DNA of 58,670 nucleotides from Bacteroidales bacterium (GCA_050013795.1 JBEKEO010000001.1:1-58670), one strand, 5' to 3'; counted from the first letter of the stretch, positions 36,375 through 46,328 are shown. The notes: generated from the sequence alone by a model not told the origin. Numbers and translations are program-made.

Positions 36375-38918
36375 ATGAAGATTTCGTATAACTGGCTTAA
36401 ACAATACGCTGATATTGACATAGAGCCGGAAGAATTATCAAAAGTGCTTACCAATTGCGGTCTTGAAGTTGAGGCGCTGGATGAGTTCTGTTCTGTAAAA
36501 GGCGGACTTAAAGGCTGTGTGATAGGCGAAGTGAAGACCAAGACCAAACATCCCGATGCCGATAAGCTTAGCTTAACTACTGTTGATATAGGCAGGGAAG
36601 AACTGCTGCATATAGTTTGCGGCGCTCCCAATGTGGAAGCCGGTCAGAAGGTGGTGGTGGCAACTGTGGGCACAACCTTATATACCTCCAAAGGCGAACT
36701 TGAGTTAAAGAAAGCAAAGATACGCGGCGAGGTTTCGGAAGGCATGATATGCGCCGAAGATGAGCTTGGAATAGGCGAATCGCATGCAGGTATCATGGTG
36801 CTTGATGCTGATGTAAAAGTAGGTACTCCCGCAAGCGAGTATTTTAAGATAGAAACAGACAGTGTATTTGAAATTGGCCTTACTCCCAATCGTGCCGATG
36901 CCATGGGGCATATAGGTGTGGCAAGGGATGCCGTGGCTGCCTTAAGTTGTGTAAAGAATAAAACCTATCATCTTACAAAACCTAAACTTGATGATTTCAA
37001 GGTTGACAATCACGAACTGAAAATTGATGTGGTCATTGATGATGCTAAGGCCTGTCCGCGATATGCAGGGATAACCGTTACAAATGTAAAGGTGAAAGAA
37101 TCGCCTGCATGGCTACAAAACAAGCTGAAAGCAGTAGGTTTAAGGCCTATCAATAATATAGTTGACATCACCAATTATATCCTTTTTGAAACCGGTCAAC
37201 CGCTGCATGCCTTTGATGCAGACAAGATAGCAGGGAAAAAGATAATTGTAAAAAAGCTGGCTGCCGGAACTAAATTCACCACTCTGGATGAAGTTGAACG
37301 CGAACTTCTTCCAACAGATTTGATGATCTGCAATGCATCCGAAGGCATGTGCATAGCAGGTGTTTTTGGCGGTACTAAATCAGGAGTTACCGAAAACACT
37401 CACAATATATTTATTGAAAGCGCTTATTTCGATACGGTACATGTTCGTAAAACCTCCAAGCATCACGGATTGAAGACCGATGCTTCATTCCGTTTCGAAC
37501 GTGGCGTTGACCCCAATATGGTGATATTCGCATTGAAACATGCCGCTATGATGATGAAGGAAATTGCCGGTGGTAGTATTTCATCAGATATCGTTGATGT
37601 ATATCCTGAGCCTATTAAAAATTTCAATTTTGATATTAAGTATGCCAATGTTGATAAGCTGATAGGGAAGGTCATTGACAGGGCTACCTTAAAGAAAATA
37701 TTGACTTCACTTGAAATTGAGATTGTATCTGAAACTGCCGAAGGGCTTGCACTTTCGGTTCCTCCTTTCAAAGTGGATGTGCTGCGCGAAGCCGATGTGG
37801 TAGAGGAAATACTCAGGATATACGGGTATAATAACATAGAAGAGCCACAGCAATTCAGGATATCACCATCGAAAGCTCCGGACCCTGACAAAGAAAAGAT
37901 ACAAAACACCATTGCTGACTACCTTAGCAGTTGCGGGTTCAACGAGATCATGAATAATTCGCTTACCAATAGATCATATACCGAAGACAATACTTTTTTC
38001 CGGTCAGGATTAAATGTTTCTATACTGAACCCCCTGAGCAATGAGCTTGCTGTGATGAGGCAAACGCTTTTATTCGGCGGACTTGAATCCGTTCTGTATA
38101 ACATCAACAGGAAGAATTTCAATTTGAAGTTGTATGAATTCGGGAAAGTTTATACTGATAGTAAAAAGGCCGATTCAACGAATTCATTGGCTTCTTTTCA
38201 CGAAAAAGAACAACTGGCGCTATTCGTAAGCGGTAGTGATTACAGCGACAAATCTGTTTATTCTGGTGTAAGTGGGTATTCTGGTGTAAGTGGATATTCT
38301 GGTGAGAGTGGATATACCGGATATAGTGGATATTCTGGATATAGTGGAAAAGAAAAACCTGTTGATTTTTATTTTCTGAAAACTTACATAAATAATATTT
38401 TTACACGGTTAGGTATAAATGTAAATTCTCTTTCAATAAAAGAGATTAGCAATGAAATTTTCATTGAGGGGTTTGAATATAGTTCAAATGGCTTGCTGAT
38501 TGCTTCTTATGGAACAATCGGGAAAGCCATTTTAAAGAAATTCGATATAAAAAAGTATGTGTTTTATGCTGAGATGGAATGGCAAAAACTGATTGAATTA
38601 TCAGCTAAGAATGAGATTATTGTTAAGGATATTCCTCGGTTTCCCGAGGTGCGCCGCGACCTCTCCTTACTGATTGATAAAAAGATAAAATTCTCCGAGA
38701 TAGAAGAGATTGCTTACAAGACAGAATCAAAATTGTTGAAGCAAGTCAACCTGTTCGATATTTATCAGGGCGAAAAGTTAGGTGCAGATAAAAAATCCTA
38801 TGCGGTCAGTTTTACTTTGCTTGATGAGGATAAAACCCTTACCGATGCTGAGATAGAGCGCATCATGAATAAGCTGATGAAAGCATATACTGAAAAACTT
38901 CAGGCAGTGATCAGATAG
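36375..38918 (+). CDS. pheT: Phenylalanine--tRNA ligase beta subunit
   Basis: MKISYNWLKQY..., tRNA-binding domain KHPDADKLSLTTVDIG, and B3/4, B5 and FDX-ACB-like C-terminal domains. Confidence 0.93.
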   Translation: MKISYNWLKQYADIDIEPEELSKVLTNCGLEVEALDEFCSVKGGLKGCVIGEVKTKTKHPDADKLSLTTVDIGREELLHIVCGAPNVEAGQKVVVATVGTTLYTSKGELELKKAKIRGEVSEGMICAEDELGIGESHAGIMVLDADVKVGTPASEYFKIETDSVFEIGLTPNRADAMGHIGVARDAVAALSCVKNKTYHLTKPKLDDFKVDNHELKIDVVIDDAKACPRYAGITVTNVKVKESPAWLQNKLKAVGLRPINNIVDITNYILFETGQPLHAFDADKIAGKKIIVKKLAAGTKFTTLDEVERELLPTDLMICNASEGMCIAGVFGGTKSGVTENTHNIFIESAYFDTVHVRKTSKHHGLKTDASFRFERGVDPNMVIFALKHAAMMMKEIAGGSISSDIVDVYPEPIKNFNFDIKYANVDKLIGKVIDRATLKKILTSLEIEIVSETAEGLALSVPPFKVDVLREADVVEEILRIYGYNNIEEPQQFRISPSKAPDPDKEKIQNTIADYLSSCGFNEIMNNSLTNRSYTEDNTFFRSGLNVSILNPLSNELAVMRQTLLFGGLESVLYNINRKNFNLKLYEFGKVYTDSKKADSTNSLASFHEKEQLALFVSGSDYSDKSVYSGVSGYSGVSGYSGESGYTGYSGYSGYSGKEKPVDFYFLKTYINNIFTRLGINVNSLSIKEISNEIFIEGFEYSSNGLLIASYGTIGKAILKKFDIKKYVFYAEMEWQKLIELSAKNEIIVKDIPRFPEVRRDLSLLIDKKIKFSEIEEIAYKTESKLLKQVNLFDIYQGEKLGADKKSYAVSFTLLDEDKTLTDAEIERIMNKLMKAYTEKLQAVIR
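38259..38348 (+). repeat. In-frame 9-bp microsatellite in pheT encoding (Y-S/T-G / V/E-S-G) x 10
   Basis: The sequence tat tct ggt gta agt ggg tat tct ggt gta agt gga ... tat agt gga gives 30 codons with Gly at every third position. Confidence 0.9.
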
Positions 38919-38939
38919 TAGAAAACAAATTTTAATATC

Positions 38940-39689
38940 ATGTATAACCAGTTTTTTCAATATGCCACCATAGCGCTGATAGTTGTTGTGGTCATTTTGA
39001 TGGTTCGGTATCTTATACTTTCAATGAAAGAAAAGTCATACTTTCCTGAGCAATGGTTACACATGCTAAAAAAGAAGAAACTTCCTGAAACGCTTATCAA
39101 TATTGAGAAACATTACAATGACAAAGTGCGTTTCTATAATTTCTGGTTTCAGATAGAACGTTTGAAAAAAGAAAATGTGAAAGGTTCCTTTGCAGAACTT
39201 GGGGTGTATAAAGGAGAAACTGCAAAGATCATTCATGCCATGGATAATTCCCGCAAACTTCATCTTTTCGATACGTTCGAAGGTTTTAAAAAAGATGATC
39301 TGAAAGAAGAAACAGGAGAAGCTGCCACTTATTCAACAAAGAATTTTGCTGATACCAATGAGAAAAAAGTCATTGACTACATTAACGGGAACAATAATAT
39401 CATTTTACATAAAGGCCATTTCCCTGAAACAACAAAAGGCTTAGAAGATGAGAAATTCGCCTTGGTAAATATTGATGCTGACTTATATAATCCTATTAAA
39501 GATGGCTGCCATTTCTTTTATCCACGACTATCTCCGGGTGGAGTGATCATCATTCACGATTACAATCATAAATGGGAAGGCGCTGTAAAAGCGGTGAATG
39601 AATTTGCTAAAGGTATTCCCGAAAACATTATCGAATTGCCCGATATGCACGGCACAGTGATGATAATAAAAAACAAGGAAGTCAGGTAA
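38940..39689 (+). CDS. TylF/MycF-type class I SAM-dependent O-methyltransferase
   Basis: ELGVYKGETAKIIH, LFDTFEGF and VNIDADLYNPIKDGCHFFYPRLSPGGVIIIHDY match the macrocin-O-methyltransferase family pattern. Confidence 0.75.
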   Translation: MYNQFFQYATIALIVVVVILMVRYLILSMKEKSYFPEQWLHMLKKKKLPETLINIEKHYNDKVRFYNFWFQIERLKKENVKGSFAELGVYKGETAKIIHAMDNSRKLHLFDTFEGFKKDDLKEETGEAATYSTKNFADTNEKKVIDYINGNNNIILHKGHFPETTKGLEDEKFALVNIDADLYNPIKDGCHFFYPRLSPGGVIIIHDYNHKWEGAVKAVNEFAKGIPENIIELPDMHGTVMIIKNKEVR

Positions 39690-39704
39690 TTTTCACCGGG
39701 AAAT

Positions 39705-40559
39705 ATGTTCAGATTCAGAAGAAACAAAAAGGCTAAAGAGGATACTCCCGATGCAGAAATGTCGTTCTGGGACCATCTGGAGGCGCTGCGCTGGCACCTG
39801 ATCCGTTCCGTTATAGCCATTCTTGTTTTTACAACACTGGGGCTGATTTTCAAAGATTTTCTTTTTGATACCATCATTCTCGCCCCCAAAAGATCGGATT
39901 TTATTACGAACAGAATACTCTGCTGGCTTGGGCAAAAGATCAATATTGATTACTTCTGTGTTAACGATTTTAATTTAAAATTAATCAATACTGAAATGGC
40001 CGGTCAGTTCACAACCTACATGAATGTTTCAATTGTTGCAGGACTGATCCTGGCTATTCCTTTTATACTATGGGAAATATGGAAGTTCATTAAGCCGGCA
40101 CTGAAGGAAAAAGAGATCAGGTATTCAAAATCATTTGTGCTGGTTACCTCCGTATTGTTCTTCAGCGGTGTGCTGTTTGCATATTTTGTGGTTGTGCCCA
40201 TGATGGTTAACTTTTTAGGCAAATATAAAGTCAGTGAAAGCGTTGATAATTATATTAATCTTGGTTCATATATAGGAACGGTTACCAACCTGACTTTTGC
40301 CGTGGGATGCATTTTCGAATTCCCTGTGCTGGTTTACTTCCTTACAAAAGTGGGCATATTAAATCCTGCTTTTCTTCGCAAGTACCGTCGGCATATTATC
40401 GTTCTTATCCTGATCATTGCGGCCATCATTACCCCTCCCGATATGTTCAGTCAGATACTTGTAAGCATTCCGCTATATGGTCTGTACGAGATGAGCATTT
40501 ATATTTCGCAAAGGATCTATAATAAAAGGAAACGGGAAGAAGAGGCTGTTGACCGTTGA
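39705..40559 (+). CDS. tatC: Twin-arginine translocase subunit TatC
   Basis: MSFWDHLEALRWHLIRS, six TM helices and the PPD motif (IITPPDMFSQ). The start could instead be the internal ATG at 39759. Confidence 0.88.
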   Translation: MFRFRRNKKAKEDTPDAEMSFWDHLEALRWHLIRSVIAILVFTTLGLIFKDFLFDTIILAPKRSDFITNRILCWLGQKINIDYFCVNDFNLKLINTEMAGQFTTYMNVSIVAGLILAIPFILWEIWKFIKPALKEKEIRYSKSFVLVTSVLFFSGVLFAYFVVVPMMVNFLGKYKVSESVDNYINLGSYIGTVTNLTFAVGCIFEFPVLVYFLTKVGILNPAFLRKYRRHIIVLILIIAAIITPPDMFSQILVSIPLYGLYEMSIYISQRIYNKRKREEEAVDR

Positions 40560-40606
40560 ACCGGTTAATAAGGTAACCCGATAAATTGAACATCACAAAT
40601 AAGAAT

Positions 40607-41542
40607 ATGAAATCTTATGAGTCAAACATTGCCTGGAAACAATTGAATGAATTGCTTCCTGCAGATTTTCAGATCAAAGAAAACAATCTGCCTGTTGAAG
40701 AAGAATGGGACTGGAAAGGCAATAAAATACACCTGGACCGTTACCCCAACCCCAGGGCTGAATACCGAATCTTTCTGCACCATGGCGTTGGAACTAACGG
40801 ACGTCAGCTCAATATGGTCTTTGGGTATAAAATGGCTGAACTGGGTTATGACGTGGTTGCTTTTGACAATCTGGGTTATGGAATGACTGAAGTCAATCAA
40901 AAAGATATTACCTATGATCACTGGGTTCATTCCTTTGCAGATTTTGTAAATGCGGAGACAAAAAGAGACTATAAAAAACCCATTCTTTATGGTTTAAGTG
41001 CCGGCGGAATGCTGATATATAACTCCGCCTGCTTTATTAATGAAGTCTATGGAATTATCGGAATGTGCTTTTTGCAAAATAACAATAAGAAAGTGGGAAA
41101 CGAAACAGCAAGGTTTAAAAATACAAACTGGTTTTCCCTTCCAATAATGAAGTTGCTGTCGAAAGTAGGTTTTAGCAGATTCCCCATCGCCATGAAGGCC
41201 GTTTCAAAAATGAACGCCCTTGTAAATGACAAAAGAGCATTGAAAATTTGTCTGTCTGATAAAGCTTCTGCAGGGGCTAAAGTTCAGGCACAATTTTTAT
41301 GTTCCTATTTGAGCTATAAATTGCCCATTCCGGTAAAAGAATTTGATAAATGTCCGATTCTTCTGACACAGCCTGAACTGGATGCATGGACGCCTCTGGA
41401 ATTGAGCGAGATTTCAATGAAAGGCATCAAAACTCCGTATACCGTGAAAATTCTGGAAGGCGCAGGACATTATCCTGTTGAAGAAAAAGGACTCAAGCAA
41501 CTCATTCAATATTCTGATGAGTTTATAAAATCCTTAAAATGA
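40607..41542 (+). CDS. Alpha/beta hydrolase
   Basis: HHGVG oxyanion-type motif, nucleophile elbow GLSAGG and a C-terminal GAGHYP. The start is either the ATG at 40607 or the TTG at 40586. Confidence 0.7.
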   Translation: MKSYESNIAWKQLNELLPADFQIKENNLPVEEEWDWKGNKIHLDRYPNPRAEYRIFLHHGVGTNGRQLNMVFGYKMAELGYDVVAFDNLGYGMTEVNQKDITYDHWVHSFADFVNAETKRDYKKPILYGLSAGGMLIYNSACFINEVYGIIGMCFLQNNNKKVGNETARFKNTNWFSLPIMKLLSKVGFSRFPIAMKAVSKMNALVNDKRALKICLSDKASAGAKVQAQFLCSYLSYKLPIPVKEFDKCPILLTQPELDAWTPLELSEISMKGIKTPYTVKILEGAGHYPVEEKGLKQLIQYSDEFIKSLK

Positions 41543-41597
41543 CAACACCAGCCTCTTGATTTAGTGATTTCATATAAGGTGTTGACAGAATTCGGGC

Positions 41598-41646
41598 AAA
41601 AAAATAAAAAAAAAAGAGACGAAGAGCAAGAATGCTGGTCGTCTCA
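41598..41646 (-). terminator. Rho-independent terminator downstream of the tRNA pair
   Basis: On the minus strand, the stem gagacga...tcgtctc is followed by a long T-run. Confidence 0.6.
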
Positions 41647-41651
41647 TTATG

Positions 41652-41725
41652 TCGGGGTGAGAAGACTCGAACTTCCGACCCCTACGTCCCGAACGTAGTG
41701 CGCTAGCCAACTGCGCTACACCCCG
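41652..41725 (-). tRNA. tRNA-Pro (anticodon CGG)
   Basis: I folded the cloverleaf by hand. The acceptor stem is CGGGGTG/CACCCCG, the anticodon stem-loop is CTACG-TTCGGGA-CGTAG, and the T-loop is TTCGAGT. Length is 74 nt with no encoded CCA. Confidence 0.9.
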
Positions 41726-41769
41726 ATTATTATAAGAAAAAATCTTCTAAATCATTAGAAGATCTTTTG

Positions 41770-41842
41770 TCTCCCCGGCGGGATTCGAACCTGCGACCCA
41801 TTGATTAAGAGTCAATTGCTCTACCAACTGAGCTACGGAGAG
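41770..41842 (-). tRNA. tRNA-Lys (anticodon CTT)
   Basis: The acceptor stem is CTCTCCG/CGGGGAG, the D-arm is GCTC-AGTTGGTA-GAGC and the anticodon stem-loop is ATTGA-CTCTTAA-TCAAT. The T-arm is GCAGG-TTCGAAT-CCCGC with one A-C mismatch. Confidence 0.85.
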
Positions 41843-42151
41843 TCCTTAAAAATTCAGGTCGGCAAAGTTATTAAATTAATTTGAATTGTAAAATATTTTA
41901 TTGGGCTCAGGGTATATCGATTTATGTATGGAAACGTTAGGTTAATTTCTATTGCATTTAATTATTTCCATTCAAAATTTAAATTGAAAATGATCCTATT
42001 CTAAAATTATTAATCAGTAATTTTTCAGCCCTGCCACATTCCTCATTTCGCCAGATATTGCTTTTAATTTTTCCTTTATTTTTTGGTTTTTCTACTCTTT
42101 CACAATCTTGGCTATCTTCACTGAAAACAACTGTCTGTTTGTTACGGGCTG

Positions 42152-42961
42152 TTATTTCCCGCGTTTTACAGAAATTGTTGTTTTATCGTCGTGCAGTACA
42201 ATTTCAAAATTTGGTTTAAGCTCTTCTAAAAATTTTCTGAAAGAAGTATGTCCGTAGTTGCGAATATCAAATGTTGGATCAATTTTCTTTAAAGCTTCGG
42301 CAAGTCTTGCTGCCAGAGCTAAACCTGTTAAGTTATTATAAACCATTTCAAAAGCTTTGTCAACAATTTCAATGTTGATTGGCTTTTTAGTAATTACATT
42401 AGTCAGGTCAATTTTACCAATAATTTTTGGTTCTTCTGGCTTTATTGCTGCTATATGCAACTTTTTCGTGTCTTGTTTTTCTTTTGTTGGCTTTTCATTA
42501 GGTTTGGTAATTCCTGTTGGTTTAGGCGTGAGAATTTCGGTGTAAATAAAATTTTCACAAGCTTTCACAAATGCTTCTGGAGTATGGGATTTCCCAATAC
42601 CCATTACAAAAAACCCTTCTTCCCGAATTCGGTGTGCAATTCCTGTATAATCGCTGTCACTTGATACAATACAAAACCCGTCAACAAGTTTTGCATGCAT
42701 GATGTCCATTGCATCAATTATTAATGCACTGTCGGTAGAATTTTTTCCTTTTGTGTATGCAAACTTTTGAACAGGCCTGATTGCGTAAATGTTTAATTGA
42801 TTTTTCCAGATGTTCATTTGTTGAGTTGTGAAGTCGGCATAAATACGCTTAATTGTTACACGTCCAAATTTAGCTGCTTCGTTAAGAACCTGGTCAATGA
42901 GGTTCGCATCGGCATTATCTCCGTCAATTAGAACCGCTATTTTTTTTGTGTCTTCTGTCAT
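42152..42961 (-). CDS. NYN (LabA-like PIN-fold) ribonuclease-domain protein with a C-terminal OST-HTH/LOTUS domain
   Basis: IAVLIDGDNA...IVSSDSDYT is the NYN acidic signature. A linker is followed by a C-terminal ~70-aa LOTUS-like module (...LAARLAEALKKIDPTFDIRNYGHTSFRKFLEEL). Confidence 0.75.
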   Translation of the reverse strand: MTEDTKKIAVLIDGDNADANLIDQVLNEAAKFGRVTIKRIYADFTTQQMNIWKNQLNIYAIRPVQKFAYTKGKNSTDSALIIDAMDIMHAKLVDGFCIVSSDSDYTGIAHRIREEGFFVMGIGKSHTPEAFVKACENFIYTEILTPKPTGITKPNEKPTKEKQDTKKLHIAAIKPEEPKIIGKIDLTNVITKKPINIEIVDKAFEMVYNNLTGLALAARLAEALKKIDPTFDIRNYGHTSFRKFLEELKPNFEIVLHDDKTTISVKRGK

Positions 42962-43602
42962 ATGTTTTGTTGTTTATATGTTATTGTTATATTCATGCAT
43001 TGCTTGCATTAGCAGACTATAAGATGAAAAACCATTAAAGTTTCGCTTATATCTATATGCAATATTATAAAATTTCATTCCATTAGGCAAACTATTCATT
43101 GAACAAAGCTTATCCGAAAGCCATATACTTCTTTGCTTTTATATCAATTGACACATAATTCAATGGTATTTTGCCTGTTTATAGCTTTTCATGCAAAGAA
43201 AAGAATGAAATTTAAGGTGTTTCATAAGGTTCTTTGCATGTTTGCTCAATTTTATTCAAAGTTGGTCAATTTCATTGTATTTTTAGGCAGGTTCTTTTAA
43301 TGTTTGCTATGATTCGGATGTAAAAAAAATACAATATAATATATTCCACAATTAATAATATACAGTAAGTACATTCACTAAACCGTTTAGGTGAAATTAC
43401 CTAAAATTTAATTGGTAATTTTACTTATATATGTATATGTGAAAAATATGCTTTTGTAGATGTTTTTATTAAATTAATAGCAATAATCAATCATAAGCGC
43501 TTATTTAGCAATATGTTAAAATATCATTAAAGATTGACTTCGCTTTTTATATTCCGTAACTTTATAGACGTAAATAAAAATAAAATATTAAACCTTAAAC
43601 CT

Positions 43603-46023
43603 ATGAAAAATCGGTTACTATTATTAATTACAACAGGAGCTGTGATACTTGTTAGCAGCAATATTCACAGCCAGAATTTCGTTCAGGTTACAAGAACGAA
43701 TCAGGAACAAACAATCAATCTTTCCGCAGACCAAGTGCTGGAAATACAATTGCCACGGAAAGCGTCAACCGGATATATCTGGATTGAAGCGCCTGCCTCT
43801 TCTGATAAAGTTCAGAAAATAATTGCACAGATAGGAGATGGCGATTTTATTCATGATCCCGGCCCGATAACTCCAACAAACCCAAAAGGTATGATAATAG
43901 GCGGGAGCGGCAAGCAGATAATAAGATATGTCGGAATCTCGCAGGGAACTACTACGCTTACATTAGAATTAAGACGCCCATGGATAAAGAATGGCGAGGT
44001 TATTGATAGTTACTCCATCACCGTTGTATCATCCGGAAAATATACAGGTACATATGCTCCGCCCCTTAAGAAAGCTATACATAAATACGATAAACCTTTA
44101 ACTTCTCCTACTTCTACACTTCCTTCATCATGGGATTGGCGCCCGCAATGCACACCTGTTGTAAACCAAAATCAATGTGGAGATTGCTGGGCTTGTGCTA
44201 CAGTGGGAACCCTTGAATGCAATATTTTAATTCATGATGGGGTAACTAGAGATATTTCAGAAGAATTTGTAACTGATTGTTATACTTACGGTGGCAATTA
44301 TAATGGCTGTGGTGGTGCTGTTGTAGGTGCAGGTTCTGCACACCAAGCCTGGATGGCTTCATATACCGGTGCTAATACTTCCGGGGGAGGCGCTGTTTAT
44401 GAATCTGAAGATCCATGGACAAGCAGCGAGCTGAATGGAACTACCGGAACTTGCGGAGCGCCTTATACTCCTCACGAAACAATTGACCGCTATGCCGATA
44501 TTGGAGGCGAAGTAAATTATATCCCACCTGTTGATAGTATTAAATATCACATATATTATCATGGACCGGTTTGGGCTGGGATGGATGCTTCAGATAACAG
44601 TTTTCAAACTTATAATGGCAAGATATGGGTGGTATCCGGTTCATCAGTTGATCATGCCATTGTTCTTGCCGGTTGGAAAGATACTACTGTTTCTGATGGC
44701 AGCGGCGGTTACTGGATTTTAAGAAATTCATGGGGTACCGGCTGGGGTGTTAATGGATCAGGATATATGTATATATCTTATGGTAGCGCCCTTGTTGGCT
44801 ATCAGGCAGATTATATTGTATACAAAGGCGGAATTCCTCATGCTGTACCTCCGGTTGCAAACTTTACTGCTAATGAAACCACTAGCTGTTCGTCCATTAT
44901 ACAATTTACAGATGAATCTTCTAATTCTCCTACATCATGGGCCTGGACATTTGGCGATGGAGGAACATCAACTTTACAAAATCCATCGCATTCATATACT
45001 GCAAACGGAACATATACTGTTTCTTTAAAAGCAATGAATACCTATGGAAATAATACAAAGTCAGTGACCAGTTATATTAATATTAGTGGTATGCCTACGG
45101 CTGCATCAGTTACTGGTTGTTCAACAACAAGCGGCGGTAGTTGTACTTTAACTGCTTCGGGTTCAGGTACTCTTAATTGGTATAATGCTGCTACAGGCGG
45201 AACCCTTGTTCATACAGGAACCAGTTATACTATTAATCCTCTTACAAGCAATCAAACACTTTATGTCGAAGATGATGTCATTCAACCAACACAAGCTGCA
45301 GGAATGGCTGCTATGACTTCTAACGGTAGTTATTTTACCGGAGCAGCTGACCGCTCATTAATTTTTAATGCTTTGAGTAATATTACCATTGATACTGTAA
45401 CTGTTTATGCTGGTGCTGCCGGAACCAGAACAATTTGGCTAAAGAATAGCAGTGGTGCTATGTTAGATTCAATTTCGCCAAATATTGCCAGCGGAACTCA
45501 AAAAGTAGCATTGAATTTTAGTGTTCCAACAGGAACCGGATATCAACTTGGTACAGATAATGCCCCGAATCTTTACAGAGAAACTTCAGGTGCTACTTAT
45601 CCTATGACAACATCTTTAGTTTCAATTACAGGAAATAATGCAGGATCAACAGCTACAGCATATTATTATTTCTTCTATAACTGGCGGGTATCAGCAGGAG
45701 GTCCATCATGTTTCGGCCCTAGGATTCCTGTTACTGCAACTATTTTAACGGGAATAAATGAATTTTCCGAAGGTGGTTTTAATGTTTTCCCTAACCCGAA
45801 TACAGGCTCATTTGATATAAAATTAAACGAACAGAACATTCAGAATGCTACTGTCAGCATTGCCAATATGCTTGGACAAACAGTATTGGAAAAGACTGTT
45901 ATTATAAATAATAATTCATCAATACATATAGATGCTGCAAATTTAAAGCAGGGAATGTACTTTGTAAAATTACAAACTGACAACGCAACATATCTAAGAA
46001 AAATTCTTATTACGACTAATTAA
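43603..46023 (+). CDS. Secreted multidomain protein: chagasin/I42-like inhibitor, papain-like C1 cysteine peptidase, PKD, beta-sandwich domains and a T9SS C-terminal tail
   Basis: ATG at 43603 with a signal peptide. The I42 loop motifs are STGYIW, IGGSG and RRPW. The C1 catalytic residues are QNQCGDCWA (Cys), VDHAIVLAGW (His) and NSWGTGWG (Asn). PKD is FGDGGTS...NGTYTVSL, and the T9SS tail is FNVFPNPNTGSF...GMYFVKLQ. Confidence 0.85.
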   Translation: MKNRLLLLITTGAVILVSSNIHSQNFVQVTRTNQEQTINLSADQVLEIQLPRKASTGYIWIEAPASSDKVQKIIAQIGDGDFIHDPGPITPTNPKGMIIGGSGKQIIRYVGISQGTTTLTLELRRPWIKNGEVIDSYSITVVSSGKYTGTYAPPLKKAIHKYDKPLTSPTSTLPSSWDWRPQCTPVVNQNQCGDCWACATVGTLECNILIHDGVTRDISEEFVTDCYTYGGNYNGCGGAVVGAGSAHQAWMASYTGANTSGGGAVYESEDPWTSSELNGTTGTCGAPYTPHETIDRYADIGGEVNYIPPVDSIKYHIYYHGPVWAGMDASDNSFQTYNGKIWVVSGSSVDHAIVLAGWKDTTVSDGSGGYWILRNSWGTGWGVNGSGYMYISYGSALVGYQADYIVYKGGIPHAVPPVANFTANETTSCSSIIQFTDESSNSPTSWAWTFGDGGTSTLQNPSHSYTANGTYTVSLKAMNTYGNNTKSVTSYINISGMPTAASVTGCSTTSGGSCTLTASGSGTLNWYNAATGGTLVHTGTSYTINPLTSNQTLYVEDDVIQPTQAAGMAAMTSNGSYFTGAADRSLIFNALSNITIDTVTVYAGAAGTRTIWLKNSSGAMLDSISPNIASGTQKVALNFSVPTGTGYQLGTDNAPNLYRETSGATYPMTTSLVSITGNNAGSTATAYYYFFYNWRVSAGGPSCFGPRIPVTATILTGINEFSEGGFNVFPNPNTGSFDIKLNEQNIQNATVSIANMLGQTVLEKTVIINNNSSIHIDAANLKQGMYFVKLQTDNATYLRKILITTN

Positions 46024-46065
46024 GAGGTTTATTAGTCAATTTGAGTTTTAAAAGTTTGTAGAGAA

Positions 46066-46098
46066 GGCCATTACATATGTAGTGGCTTTCTTTTTTTA
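46066..46098 (+). terminator. Rho-independent terminator after the peptidase gene
   Basis: Hairpin ggccattaca/tgtagtggc followed by a T-rich run. Confidence 0.55.
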
Positions 46099-46320
46099 TA
46101 CAAGCAGCGCCAGGTTTGGGTTTTGGAGGATTTAATGGGAATACTCCTGACAACAAATATTACCTGCAACATTTTCATAAAAATACAGGTGATAGTTTTT
46201 AGAGACTATTTCTTAGAAGGAAAATAGCCAAAAAAACTCAAATACATGGCACGGTCTGGAAAAGAAAAGCAAATTTGCTATTTGTTAAAATAATTTAACT
46301 CAAAGCTGTGTGAATTCGTT

Positions 46321-46328
46321 TATTTTTG
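46321..46328 (+). promoter_or_regulatory. -7 promoter box TATTTTTG (efflux operon)
   Basis: Exact TAnnTTTG match, 42 nt upstream of the ATG at 46370. Confidence 0.45.

Noticed and set aside
41652-41842. The tRNA-Pro/tRNA-Lys pair considered as an integration hotspot marking a genomic island.
   Set aside because: There is no integrase, no duplicated tRNA 3' end (att-like direct repeat) that I could find by eye, and the neighbouring genes look ordinary. The three-gene candidate system is 7 kb away and not contiguous with the tRNAs.
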